In this document: positions 14,326-26,559 of the stretch, piece by piece
Layout: every line of letters begins with the position of its first letter
Numbering within the stretch: the stretch's first letter is position 1
Source of the DNA: Vairimorpha necatrix
Lineage: Eukaryota
Direction: 5' to 3'
DNA: 64,000 nt
Assembly (NCBI GenBank): GCA_036630325.1
Contig: CP142733.1
Location: 682,001-746,000, forward strand
Program-made: the position numbers and the translations under genes
Notes under the pieces: model-generated
The model's input: the letters and a program-made list of their open reading frames with translations, nothing else
Told to the model about the DNA's origin: nothing
The model's database searches: none

Positions 14326-14663
14326 TAAGTATCCCAGCTCCGAATTATTTTATATAGCATTAAATTTAAAAAAATAGATCTAATAAGAGTGTAAGTTTAA
14401 TGATTGTTTCCAATGTAAATATTTTATATTTTATGTCTTAGTCAAACTTAAATCAGATCGCAATAAAATATTTTATCGGCCTGTCATTATTTAATTATTA
14501 AAAGTTCCAATAAGATGTCAAATTCCAATATCTACTTCGAAATTTAAAATTTTGAATTAAACACCAAAAACTTTTAATTTCTATACGTTAATACTTTATT
14601 TAGAAAGAAATATATTTATTAGAAATAACTTTTTAGTATATTATAAAAAATTTTTACACCCTT

Positions 14664-15188
14664 ATGATTTGCTTTATTTTTTCATTTTTATACATAAATT
14701 GTTCTGACACTTTATTAGTGGTTCCATTGAACAATGAATATGTGGATATATACATCGGCATAGTCAAATTTCGCCAAAATGACATATATATAATTACTGA
14801 ATTAATTGAAAAGGATTGTGTATGTGAAATTATAAAAACTTATGATAAAAGATCAAAGGAAGGAAAAAATACTAAGCCTTATAATTTTAAACTAATCACT
14901 TTAGATGATAAGCTAAATATTTTCAAGATAGTACAATGCGATAGTAAAAAAACGCAGAAAAAATTATTTGATAATTTTATATATAGTGATGTTATACTAA
15001 AAACAACCATTCAACTAGACATTAAAAAGACATACTTCATTGAATATATGGAATCTAGAAAAGGTATAATAAAAAAATTTGCAACCAGTGAGAAACTTAT
15101 ATTTGATGGATCAAAGACGATGTCTAACTTAAATTGGTTAAATATAAATCACTTTCCTTGGGGTAAAAAATCTATCTTATCTAATTAA
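14664..15188 (+). CDS. Family A putative secreted protein
   Basis: CCCTT-ATG; CSDTLLVVP, DIYIG, YIITEL, IKTYDKR, PYNFKLIT, ILKTT, KKTYFI. Confidence 0.85.
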   Translation: MICFIFSFLYINCSDTLLVVPLNNEYVDIYIGIVKFRQNDIYIITELIEKDCVCEIIKTYDKRSKEGKNTKPYNFKLITLDDKLNIFKIVQCDSKKTQKKLFDNFIYSDVILKTTIQLDIKKTYFIEYMESRKGIIKKFATSEKLIFDGSKTMSNLNWLNINHFPWGKKSILSN

Positions 15189-15843
15189 ATAATACATTTG
15201 AAAATTATTTATTTAGTTTTTTTAATATTATCATGAGCCCATGAGAAAAGTCATTTCGTTTTTTTTTCCGATATTCCCTCTAATTACTTTAGTGGTCTTC
15301 TCGAGGAATTTATTGCATATACGATAGTCATATATAGTTGGAAAAAATTTATAGAGCATCATGAAAGCATAAAATTAAATAAATTTTTTATTAACCTTTA
15401 ATACTTTTCAATCACGATATTGCCAAATCAAAAATAATTTTAAATCATAGTCATTATAGTTCGCACATTTATTAGATTATATTAATGTTTATTAGTTTCA
15501 AATTCTTTTAATTAGCACATCAAATAGTATTAATTTAACAAATGTTAATTATTAAAAAATATGTTATCATTTATTTTAAAGCTTTCATAAAATTTTAATC
15601 TTATACAACTATGTAACCATTGCAAATTTAAGTTTATATAAAACAATTTTACAACTCAAAAAGTATCAGAGTCTTTTGTGCTATCCTCAAAGAAATATAT
15701 ACCTGGCGAAATTTATGTGTTTCTATGGTATTTTTTATCTAAATTTTCGGTATCTTCAAATTCTTGTTATGATAACACGAATTAATAAAATCTTGATAAG
15801 CAAATTATAATCATAACTCGAAATTTTAAATTTGAAATATAAT

Positions 15844-17509
15844 TATGATATACCAAATATCATAAAATATATTTGAAAAATTTCCCTCCAAATTCGACCC
15901 GTTTTCCCTCCAACATTTATTTAAATATTTTATCTGGAGAGGGGTACGGAATAATGGAAAGGAAGCCTAAAATGAATAATAAAAATATTTTAAATACTTT
16001 CCTCAGTGGTGGATACCACAAGTTAAATTTAACGAAGATGTATCCTATACTAAACAAAAGGATAAAGACTTATGAATCCAAAGACACGATCAGCTTTGAG
16101 ATCAAAGTCAAGGGCCTAAAAGAGCCTATTATAAAACAGTTAGAAATAATAAACTGTATTGAAGGAACCAATATGCTAGAATGGTTCAGAAAATTTGAAG
16201 AATTGAGTAAGAAAATAGAATGGAGCGATGAAGAGAATCTGTTAGTGCTACAAAATCTAGTGGAAAGTAAAGAATGGAAAAGAAAGAACAATTGTAAGTC
16301 TTATATGAAGGGTAAGGAAGAAATATTAACCGCTTTCCCTCCACATACTATATTTTCAAATGCAGGAGTTAAATTATTAGAAATTAAACAATCTAATTAT
16401 GTTTTGATAGAAGATATGATAAATGATATTTATGCCAAACTTGAAGTGGCATCTTATTTAGAAAAATATACTAAGAAGGAATATGAGAGAAGGTTTAATG
16501 AAATCTGTCTAAATGCTTTATCTGAAGATACAAAAGATTATGTTCTGAAATTAAATACTACGAATGTTAAAGACATTATTTATCTATTGGTAAGCTTGGA
16601 GAAAGAAATAGTATCTAGAATTTGAAATGATGTAGTCTTAATAAGGAATAACCGAGTCGAGGTCAAAGAACCAAACCATAGAGAGGATGGGAATAGATGG
16701 TGTAGTTTGCATCGATCAAGAACCCATAATACTAGTGATTGCTTTAAGAAAAATAAAAGTAATAAAAATAGGAATAACTACATGAAAACAGATGAAGCTA
16801 AGCGAAATAAAGATCTGTCAAGGCAAAAATGCTTTTCCATAAGTGAGGAAAATAAAAGCATTGAAACTGCCGAAAAAATAGACCACTACATCAAAAACAG
16901 CGAGTTACATTAAGAGAAAGGGTTAACGCAGATATAATTAAAGAAGCGAGCACAGATGCCGCTAAAAACCACAAGCCAAGGAAGTTAAAAACGAAAAACT
17001 CGAAGAGATAATAGTAAGAGCTAAAAAATCAACCCACGGGGACAATGTATTGAAAGACAATATAGAAAACAGCGAAGGTGAAAATAAGCAAAATCGCGAG
17101 AAAATTCTGTACAAAGTAAAATACTTTGGTAAACCAAAACTATTGAAGACTTATAAAACAAGAAAGAGGATGATAGCTACATTGGATGATATAAACACCA
17201 AAAATAGGTTAGAAACTATAAATAATGATGTTAATAATACAATAGAAGAGCCTCCAGATATAGTACCTAATATAATACCGGGATATGAAAAATTGGTTGA
17301 TAGTAAACTTTGAAGCAAAAGAAGAGGCAGATTATGATATACCAAATATCATAAAATATATTTCTAAAATTTCCCTCCAAATTCGACCCGTTTTCCCTCC
17401 AACATTTATTTAAATATTTTATCTGGAGAGGGGTACGGAATAATGGAAAGGAAGCCTAAAATGAATAATAAAAATATTTTAAATACTTTCCTCAGTGGTG
17501 GATACCACA
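15844..17509 (+). mobile_element. Non-autonomous Ty3/gypsy-like LTR element, gag only (LTR-1)
   Basis: 177-bp direct repeats 15844-16020 and 17333-17509 (2 mismatches seen); 5-bp TSD ATAAT; purine tract AAAAGAAGAGGCAG before the 3' LTR; no pol motifs. Confidence 0.92.
15954..16913 (+). pseudogene. gag: Gag of LTR-1 with one in-frame TGA (16623-16625)
   Basis: EWFRKFE..W motif homologous to LTR-2 Gag; the frame continues past the TGA into the zinc knuckle WCSLHRSRTHNTSDC; start at 15954 or 16038. Confidence 0.8.
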
Positions 17510-19544
17510 ATAATTTTTTTTAAAACTAAGTATGTTTTGTTTTCTCAGTTTACCTCCACTTCCGAGCACGTTATCTGGCCACACCACCTTCTAGCTGCCC
17601 CTTCTATGTTCTGGTCCCAGATCCCTCTTTACGAGTCCCTGTCGCTGTTAAAAGAAGATCCTCTCTTGTAAATTCGTTATAATTCTGATTTTGATGTAAG
17701 CTTTGATATTAATCGATGGGCCGTGGCATTAACAAGTTACTAACATATATTTATACATTTAAATACATCGCAGTTCCTAACTATGATTATATTATATAAA
17801 TTTAATTTTACCGTATCTCAGATAGTTTAAAAAGCATCCAATGATATTACATATATTAAATTGAAAAGTAAAATCTATAACACATAAAATAAGTCGATAA
17901 AATTATGGTGTTGAAGTATAAATTAAGAATCTATATTATCTTTTTCTTTGAATTAATTTTAAGAAGTATAGTTTTAAACTATTATAATTATCATTGTTTT
18001 AGAAATATATAAAAAAACACAACTTATTTAAAATAATAATATATTGCATGTAACATACATTTAACATATCTAGTGGCTTGAAAATGTGCAAATTACCAAA
18101 AAGCCTATTCGTAAATTGTGGTGGAGAAAAAAAATTCGCAGAATACAGTAAAGAATCCGAAGACAAAAAATAGATAAAATATGCTGGTTTTGGCTCCTCA
18201 AATCACGTAATTAGAAAGATGTAGCTCTTTACAACTCTATGCTTCAAAAAACACATGTTTTTGAATTTAATAAAGCATTCTGAGCATAATATAAACTTAA
18301 AAGTTTTTGTTTCTGTCAATTGATTTAGTGTTGTCCTTCATCCAAATTGGGGGTTTATAAAATTTAAAAATAAATATCAACAGTTTCAATTATAATTTGT
18401 CGATATTAAATATTTATTTGGTTTTTCATATTTTTCTTCCATATTGCTTAGGGTAAAATACAAAAGTTTTAAACGTTAAAAAATTGAGAAATGTCAAACG
18501 TGTCAAAAATTTAGCAGCTCTTGAGTCCTGCTGATATAATTTATAAAAAAACTTTTTTTCATGTTTTTACATGATCAATAATTAGTTATGATAAACAACC
18601 AACAATCATTTCCTCATAAGATTAGCATATTATGAAAGGCAATATAAATAAAAAATATAATTTTAAACGCTATTATATATCAAAGAAAAAGACAATAATA
18701 AAGAAGGTATAGCTTCATATAAAAAAGTTTATTTTATTGAAAGGTAAATTTAGGCGTAGGAATTTTTATAAATCAGAGTGAAAAATACTTGAGTAGTTAT
18801 GTCTTGATATGTATGTTAAGAAATAGTGAAATTTTAACAGTGTAAATTATTTTGTGGTTATTGCTTTATTTATATCCCAATCTAGGAGTTTATTGTTTGT
18901 AAAAAACATATAAAAATTCAAGAAATATACATTCACCAATATCATTCAGTAGACTCCTTATTCGGTTACAAATGTAGATTATATTTCTTAGAGAACTAGA
19001 TAAAGCTCCTGTGCCTCTTTGTTACAATTTTCATCCTTCACTCAGATATTGCTTTGATAACTCCCATGTTATATAAACCAAAATTCAATTAATTGGTGCG
19101 GTAGGATTGGTGATAAATAATACTAATAAATTTGCTAGTTAAAAAAATACAATTGAAAACAAGTTCTAATTTTTCTTTCCTCTAAGTTACACTTTGTAAA
19201 AGATATTTACAGAATAATAAGATTGTGTATCAAATAATCAATAATTGACAATTTTATGATTTGATAACAGTTTATCATGATCAATGTGATCTTAAAATCA
19301 AAAAATGAAAAAAATTTAATATTAAAGTATGGTAAAAAAGTTATTCCATAAAAAATAATTATAAAATTTGTCTGTATTCAAAACATTTCTCAAACAAAAC
19401 ATTCTATGTATCAGGAATAAAAAATTTAAAATTGATAAATCACTAATATAATATTTTATTAATAATTTTTTAAAATTAATATTTCTTACAATTATAAAAC
19501 GTTTCAGGATAATATATAAAAATAAAAAAATCACAGCAAACACA

Positions 19545-20033
19545 ATGTCAGCAATTTTCAAATTAGCTCTTTCACTCTTAGCATGGACCTTCGCTTATGC
19601 TTCTTCAGAAAAGGACATAAGTACAATTTTCCAGTATCAATTACAGGAAAATACTATCCAGAAAATATGTATAGTTAGGAAGGAAGATCTAGTATTTATT
19701 GCTTTTTTTAATGATCCGAGAGATAAGACTGAAACAAAGAAACGAATCAAACCATCCAAAAGTGAATATATCAATATAGTAAGATCTAACAAATTCATCT
19801 ATCAGAATTATATTAAATTGAGACATCATATCTCTTGTGCATTTAAAAGCATTTCCTCTCGTATTTTCTCTGTTCTATTTAAGGTGAGATCAATAAGTGC
19901 AACCATATCCTCTAATATCCTATTTATTTCTAAAAAGCTGATTAAAATACCTTCATACACATTTTGCCATCTTTATAATGAAAGTAAAGCGAGATTAAGT
20001 AATCTAAAGATGTTTCTAAGGAATAAACAATAA
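19545..20033 (+). CDS. Family B protein (signal peptide, basic amphipathic C-half)
   Basis: MSAIFKLALSLLAWTFAYA signal-like N-terminus; paralogues at 32944 and 35941. Confidence 0.8.
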   Translation: MSAIFKLALSLLAWTFAYASSEKDISTIFQYQLQENTIQKICIVRKEDLVFIAFFNDPRDKTETKKRIKPSKSEYINIVRSNKFIYQNYIKLRHHISCAFKSISSRIFSVLFKVRSISATISSNILFISKKLIKIPSYTFCHLYNESKARLSNLKMFLRNKQ

Positions 20034-20448
20034 AACTAAGTATTTTAATTTTTTGTTTTATGTTCTTATAAACTATAATTATTGAGTTATCCTATAAAAT
20101 ACATTTCATTATGGTTGGAAATTGAGTCAACTAAGTCTAAGAAATTATTGTATTAGTTTTTATCCTATACAAAATTTCTTATGTTGAATTATGTATTGTT
20201 TTATTGTATTTAAAACGAACTTTATAGTTTTAAAGATTGCCACTTAAAAATGTAAATCCATTGAATTTTTATTATGTAAAATGTAATTATTCAATAATAT
20301 TTTGTCTGTTCATAGATATTTTAGGAAATTTAAATGCAAATGACACAGTTATAACCAAAAAATATCATCTGGAAAAAAGTCTTAAAATTTTTACTAAATT
20401 AGGCAAAAATGTTTTTTGGTAAAGTTATATTAAATTAGGTTCTAAGAA

Positions 20449-20652
20449 AATTCACCGACCATCAATTCACCGACATCAATTCACCGACAGCAATTCACCG
20501 AAAATCAATTCACCGACCAACAAATTCACCGACAACAAATTCACCGGCTAAAAATTCACCGGCTAAAAATTCACCGACTACAAATTCACCGACTACAAAT
20601 TCACCGACTACAAATTCACCGACTACAAATTTACCGACAACAAATTTACCGA
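20449..20652 (+). repeat. Tandem 14-16-bp units (AATTCACCGAC core) in the left MULE TIR
   Basis: About 13 copies; mirrored at the right end. Confidence 0.9.
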
Positions 20653-21115
20653 AAAATTGAAATATGTATTTTTTTATGGGTATATTTATGATATACATAT
20701 TTAATTTAAATTTTTTTTGTATGGATCATAAATATTGTGCAATATAGCATTTGAATATTACTATATTTATATCACTAAATAAATTAAAAAATAGAAAAAG
20801 TATCAAAATGTTCATTAAAAATTAATCTGAAAAGAAAGATTATGAAACAACGCGACAACAATTCCTCAAAATTATGACATATAATGTACTAGTATACTTG
20901 TAACACTAATGTTTTTACATTGCATTTATGTGTAATGTTCTATCTAGACATATTGTAATAAAGTCTCATCCAATTCTTTACCAAAGTGCAATGAAGGTAT
21001 CCTAGGCACAATTGGTAAGGCGCAGGTTTGCGAAGAAAGATCTATACTTTACTTAAAATGGCACAACTCTTTTTAAATATTTTAACATTTTAATTCTAAA
21101 CCCCTAATTTCAATA

Positions 21116-22510
21116 ATGCAGATCGAATATTTACTCTTAGAAAAGGGGAAGAAAAAATTAATTTTAGAAGGTCATCTTTTCTTTAAAGAAAAAGATGTTT
21201 GGGAACTATCCAAAATATATTGGAAATGTGAATACTATCAAAAGTACAAGTGCAAGTGTAGAGTGATTACAATGTCTAATGGGGAAATTAAAGTGTTTGG
21301 CGAACACAACCATTCGGGGGATGCTGCTAAAGTCGAAGCCGATAAAATTAATGCTAATGTTCGAGCCTTGACAAAAAAAACTCTAGAGAAGCGCCACAAT
21401 CTATTATATCAGATTGTTTACCTCTATGCAGCCATGCTGCAGCTCCAAAATTGCCATCGATTGACAATATGAAGCGTAGCGTTCGGTATATTCGACAAAT
21501 TGCAGAAACTAGTCCGCACTCCCAAATTTGCGGCAAGAAATTACATTCACAGACGAATTTAAAGAAACGACAAGAGGGGAACGGTTTTTGCTATATGATT
21601 CTGGACCAGATGAAAACAGAATTTTAATTATTTCGACGACTCACAATTTACGGCTTTTGGCAGATTTCAAAACTGGTACGCAGATGGCACCTTTAAAACC
21701 GTACTATTATTATTTCATCAACTGTACACAATTCACGGGCTAAGACAAAGTGCTTCTATTCCCTTGGTCTTCGCTTTATTGCCAAATAAATTAGCGCAAA
21801 CGTATTCTAAATTTCTTTGCACTTTAAAAGAGTTGGAATCATCATTAAATCGCAATCCATAACTGTAGATTTTGAAAAAGCCACGATGAATGCTATTTCA
21901 GTACAGTTTCCTGGTGCAAGTGTAAAAGGATGCTTTTTTCATTTCTCACAGTGCATTTTTCGAGCCGTTCAAAATCATGGACTCAAACTACTGTACAATA
22001 CAGATCCAGAATTTGCACTGCAAATAAGATCGCTGGCTGCCATAGCATTCGTACCTTCCAATTTTGTTGTTGAAGTTTTTGAAGAATTGTCTGACAGAAT
22101 ACTGCCCATCGAAGCTCTGCCGGTCTTAGATTATTTTGAAGATACTTTGATTGGCCGCCCAAACCGAAGACAGCGTCGAGCCCCGAAATTTGCATCAGAG
22201 ATATGGAATATGTACTCCAGAACAATAGATGGTCTACCGAGGACTAACAACTCGGTCGAAGGTTGGCATCGTGGGTTCGAGTCGCAAGCTGGTGGTACTC
22301 ACCTGAATATTTGGAAGTTTATCAATTGCTTAAAAAGGAATAATCTCTAAATGAAGTTCGAATAGAACAATTTTTGTCTAATTTTAATGCTCCAACGTCT
22401 AAAAAAAAATATCGCGATTGTAGAACGAGACTTCTAAATATAGTGTCCAATTTTAATCGAGAAAATATTATAGAATATATTCGTGCCATTGCCCATAATC
22501 TGACATTTTA
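21116..22510 (+). pseudogene. FLYWCH-MULE transposase, frameshifted
   Basis: YWKC..CKCRV..HNH (FLYWCH); WYADGTFK in a shifted frame near 21675; DFE, GCFFHFSQC, RTNNSVEGWH; split over at least 4 frames. Confidence 0.9.
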
Positions 22511-22724
22511 ATAATAAATTATTAGATTTTTATGTTTTCTATTATTTATAATTAGTTTTTTATGTTTATGATCATTTTGATACTTTTTCGATTTTTTATT
22601 TAGTGATATAAATATAGTAATATTCAAATGCTATATTGCACAATATTTATGATCCATACAAAAAAAATTTAAATTAAATATTTATATCATAAATATACCC
22701 ATAAAAAATACATATTTCAATTTT

Positions 22725-22926
22725 TCGGTAAATTTGTTGTCGGTAAATTTGTAGTCGGTGAATTTGTAGTCGGTGAATTTTTAGTCGGTGAATTTTTAGT
22801 CGGTGAATTTGTAGTCGGTGAATTTGTTGTCGGTGAATTTGTTGTCGGTGAATTGATTTTCGGTGAATTGCTGTCGGTGAATTGCTGTCGGTGAATTGAT
22901 TTCGGTTAATTGATGTCGGTGAATTC
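22725..22926 (-). repeat. Tandem GTCGGTGAATT units in the right MULE TIR
   Basis: Reverse complement of the 20449-20652 array. Confidence 0.9.
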
Positions 22927-25479
22927 TCCGGACACCATTAAATTAATAGGAAAATCAAAAAAAATATAAATGATTCGTTTTTTTTAAGATTTGAATATTT
23001 TTGCAAAGGACAGAGTAACCAAAGTACTGATATTACTTTTGAGGCAAAAAAAATATTCTACAAATCAGATCCTTCGTTTTTAGTAATGTTAAGGAGGAGT
23101 AAACGTACAGCATGTTCCGCCTATATACATGAAGGCCTATCAATATAGAAGGACATGAAAGACCAAATAAACCTTTAACTTAATAAAATTATTCTCGGAA
23201 TGCCAGAAAACAACTAGTTTTATGATTTTATTGCGTAAAGGTTTTTTGTAAAAAATAAGCTTTGATAGTCTGAGAGCCACTATCAAAAAATAATAAGCTG
23301 GAGAACACGGTACAACTTCACAATTTCATAAAAATCAATAATATGCTTGGTGAGAAATTCAAAATAATATTTAAATATATTCCAAACTGATTTTTAATAA
23401 AACATATAGTGATGGTATAACGTGTATTTTCATTCTTGCCAAACGTGTGATTAATATACTTTTTTTAAAAAACATTTTTTATGTAATAAAGACGTTATCA
23501 TATTTAAATGTAGCGAATTATGAACAATAAGTTCTAAATTTTATCTGTATACATCTAATATTGTGTCATAGAGTACTAAAATTAGGTTTTAATCTTATAA
23601 ACCTCTGTTAAGTATAACTGTAGTTAAAAGAAGATAGCATTTACATATAAAGAGAAGGGGACATAGGTGCTAAATATAAATATTAACTTTGAAAAATTAA
23701 GAAATTTTGTCGAGTCTGATTTGTTAATAACAACAGAACATTTTTACTTTGAAGACAAAATTTTATTGTTGTAAAAAGCGATACTGTTAGATTAAGGCTA
23801 TAAAAAATTTAATAAATCGTCAATTGAGTATTTCTTGAGTTCGCCTTGACTCTTTATGAATGAATCCTATGATAGCCATATGGAATAATTTAGAACCATC
23901 TTAAATCAAATAGACAAGATGTAATACATGTGAGAAAGAATTTCAAATCAAGTACAATTTATAGTATCTCACGTCCTGGTTCTTGTCTGTTTGATCAAAA
24001 CACAATTATGAATTTTTAATGTTCTTGTAAAACACGAATTTGATTCTATTAATATCCTTCTTTGTTTGAACGATGAATTGTTCGATCTTCTAAGTTTTAA
24101 CGATTTCGAAGATATTCAATATTTTTAATTTTGTATTTCTAATTTATATTTCTAAAAAAATTGTGCTTTATATTTTTAGAATTAAATTTACAATAAATAT
24201 AATTAACATTTTAATATAAAGTTCTGTATTAGCATTTAGATATATATATATATATCGAATTTTTTTGTGGACAATAACAGGTTACAGGGTATTATTTAGC
24301 AAACTCCTATCATAGTTATATTATATCTTTCGGTAAGAAACATCTCATTTTGTATATCTAATAATTTCTATATATGTGATTTATCCAATTTTATACATCA
24401 ATATACTACAACTATAAATAATAAATGTTTCTGTTTTTTTACAGTTTAAAAAACTATCTCTTTTGATTTTATTTTTTTTATATTTAGTATAGTAATTATA
24501 TTAAAATGGTCGTTTGTTGATATAGTCAGTTTTTATAATGCGAATTTAATTATTATTTAAATGCATACAAAGATCTTGTAATTAGATAGATAAACATTTG
24601 TTTATAATTGATTTTTGTATAAAAAATTTATGTAAAAACTCTCAAAATTGTTTTTTATTTCAACCAAATATTGATTGATAAAAATAATTAAATGTTTGTT
24701 AAAGTACGAAATTTGGAATTAATACAAAAATCTAAACATTTTTTTAATAATAATGAAATTCATCAGATGTTTCTTTGTACAATTTTCACATTACAGCCAC
24801 TTATACAAAAATAACAATTTTTGAAATTTATACAAAAAAGAAGAAAACGAATATATAAATAGATAGAAATTTTTTTTATATGTTTATTATAAAACTACAA
24901 TATTAAAATGTACAAAATATAACCTTTTTTGCTAGCTTTTTATCAAGTAGTGTATAGAAAGATATAAAAATATATAAATCACTTGAACTTTTCCAACATT
25001 CAAATCAAAATTTATCGATATTATAGATTTAAGTTCATTTTAACAATATACAAACTTTTTTAGATAAATAATTTTATTTTGTTAACGTATTAATACTTTG
25101 TCACTTTTAGTGTTTACATGACCTTTTCGTCGATTAAGAAAAAACATATGTTTATGTTATTTAAAACATTAATACGTCTCATTCAAGTCAATTTATATAA
25201 TTATAAAATGGTCACTTATAAAAAGATTATTTCATTTGTATAATTATATTTTTTCACATATTTATTTATGGCATAAAATTACGTTCTTTCACTAGGAAGA
25301 TCGTAGATCATTTAGACACAAAGTGAAATCGAATGAAATATTACTTTTATATGAAAAAACAGAACGAGGTATTAAGTTGTATTCATCTATTACTTTGTAT
25401 TTTTTATGAGGTTAATTAACAGTACAATAGATCGTGGAAGATAATCATGCAGTAAAAAAGTAAATACGAGGATACTCAC

Positions 25480-26040
25480 TAATATAAGAGGTCACATAAT
25501 AAGCTTGACATTCTAGTGTTTGACAAGAAGAAAAAAAAAGAATTTATATCATTCGAATTGGTATAACAACTAGGATCAAATACTAATCTAAAACGATTAT
25601 AAATAAAGTGCAACTTTTTTTTTGCAAATGCTACGGAACTAATACATGCATCTCCACAGTAATGTTTCTTATTAAAGTACAAAGAATAAAGTAATAAAAA
25701 TATACAGATAGTACATCTTGTGTCTGAAAAATATTAACCACATCTTGAAGCATACATTCAGTCCATTGTTCATGAAAAAACTGTAGATTTCATCTCTTTA
25801 AAACGATGACAAGGATGCGTTAAAGAGATGAAGGAGAGGAAGAGGGCGCTAGAGCTTTAAGATCACTAGCCAATATGGTGGCTGATAAAAAGTGGTATCG
25901 CCTAAGGAGATTAAATCTGAAAATTTATAGTTAAAAGACAAGAACGATTATACAGAAAGCATAATCTATTAGAGCTGAATCCCATGAGCGATATCGAGAA
26001 AGATATGCTACAAATATCTAAACTAAACGGAAAAATTACC
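25480..26040 (+). mobile_element. Decayed 3' fragment of the RLE non-LTR element
   Basis: HNKLDILVFDKKK, PHLEAYIQSIV and 3' end (GCTGAATCCCATGAGCGATA) match the 27872-28420 copy. Confidence 0.8.
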
Positions 26041-26559
26041 TAATGAACTATTTTTTTTAAATATATAAAAATATAACAACAAAACCAAATGCTCCTATTT
26101 ATATATATAGTTCAAATTTTTTACGTACTCCCATAAGTTTTTAAGATGTATAAATATATAAAATGCAAGTCGTTTTTTAAAACTCTCCCTCAATTAACAA
26201 TCAAAAACTAAATTCGTTTTTAGAATGTAATTTTTATCACTAAATCCTCAATTGAATATACTTGTTTATGTTCAAATAAGATATTTTACGAATCATAAAA
26301 TCTTTAGTCCTTATATTTAAGATTATTATAGTAAATGTTCTTCAGATAATATTCTTACGAAATTTATCATACACTGATATTATATTTAATACTAAAAGAA
26401 AGTGCATATTTTTAATGTTTATGTTGTATTTCTAATAAATTTTTGTGCAAATTGTCAAATTAATTATTAACTATACAAGTATTGTCGCATAAACACCTGT
26501 TTTTTAAATTCAACAAAATCAATTTTGAATATTCATAGATATAATTTTATTGTTTATAT

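Larger units (their letters stand above)
20438..22936 (+). mobile_element. Mutator/MULE DNA transposon with long repeat-containing TIRs
   Basis: 9-bp TSD ATTAAATTA (20429-20437, 22937-22945); TIRs of about 370 bp; internal FLYWCH + MULE transposase. Confidence 0.93.

Noticed and set aside
17050-17313. 87-aa ORF in LTR-1 as pol/env
   Set aside because: No ATG start and no catalytic or TM motifs
20449-20652. CRISPR-like short repeat array
   Set aside because: No unique spacers; mirrored at 22725-22926 as part of the MULE TIRs; eukaryotic context
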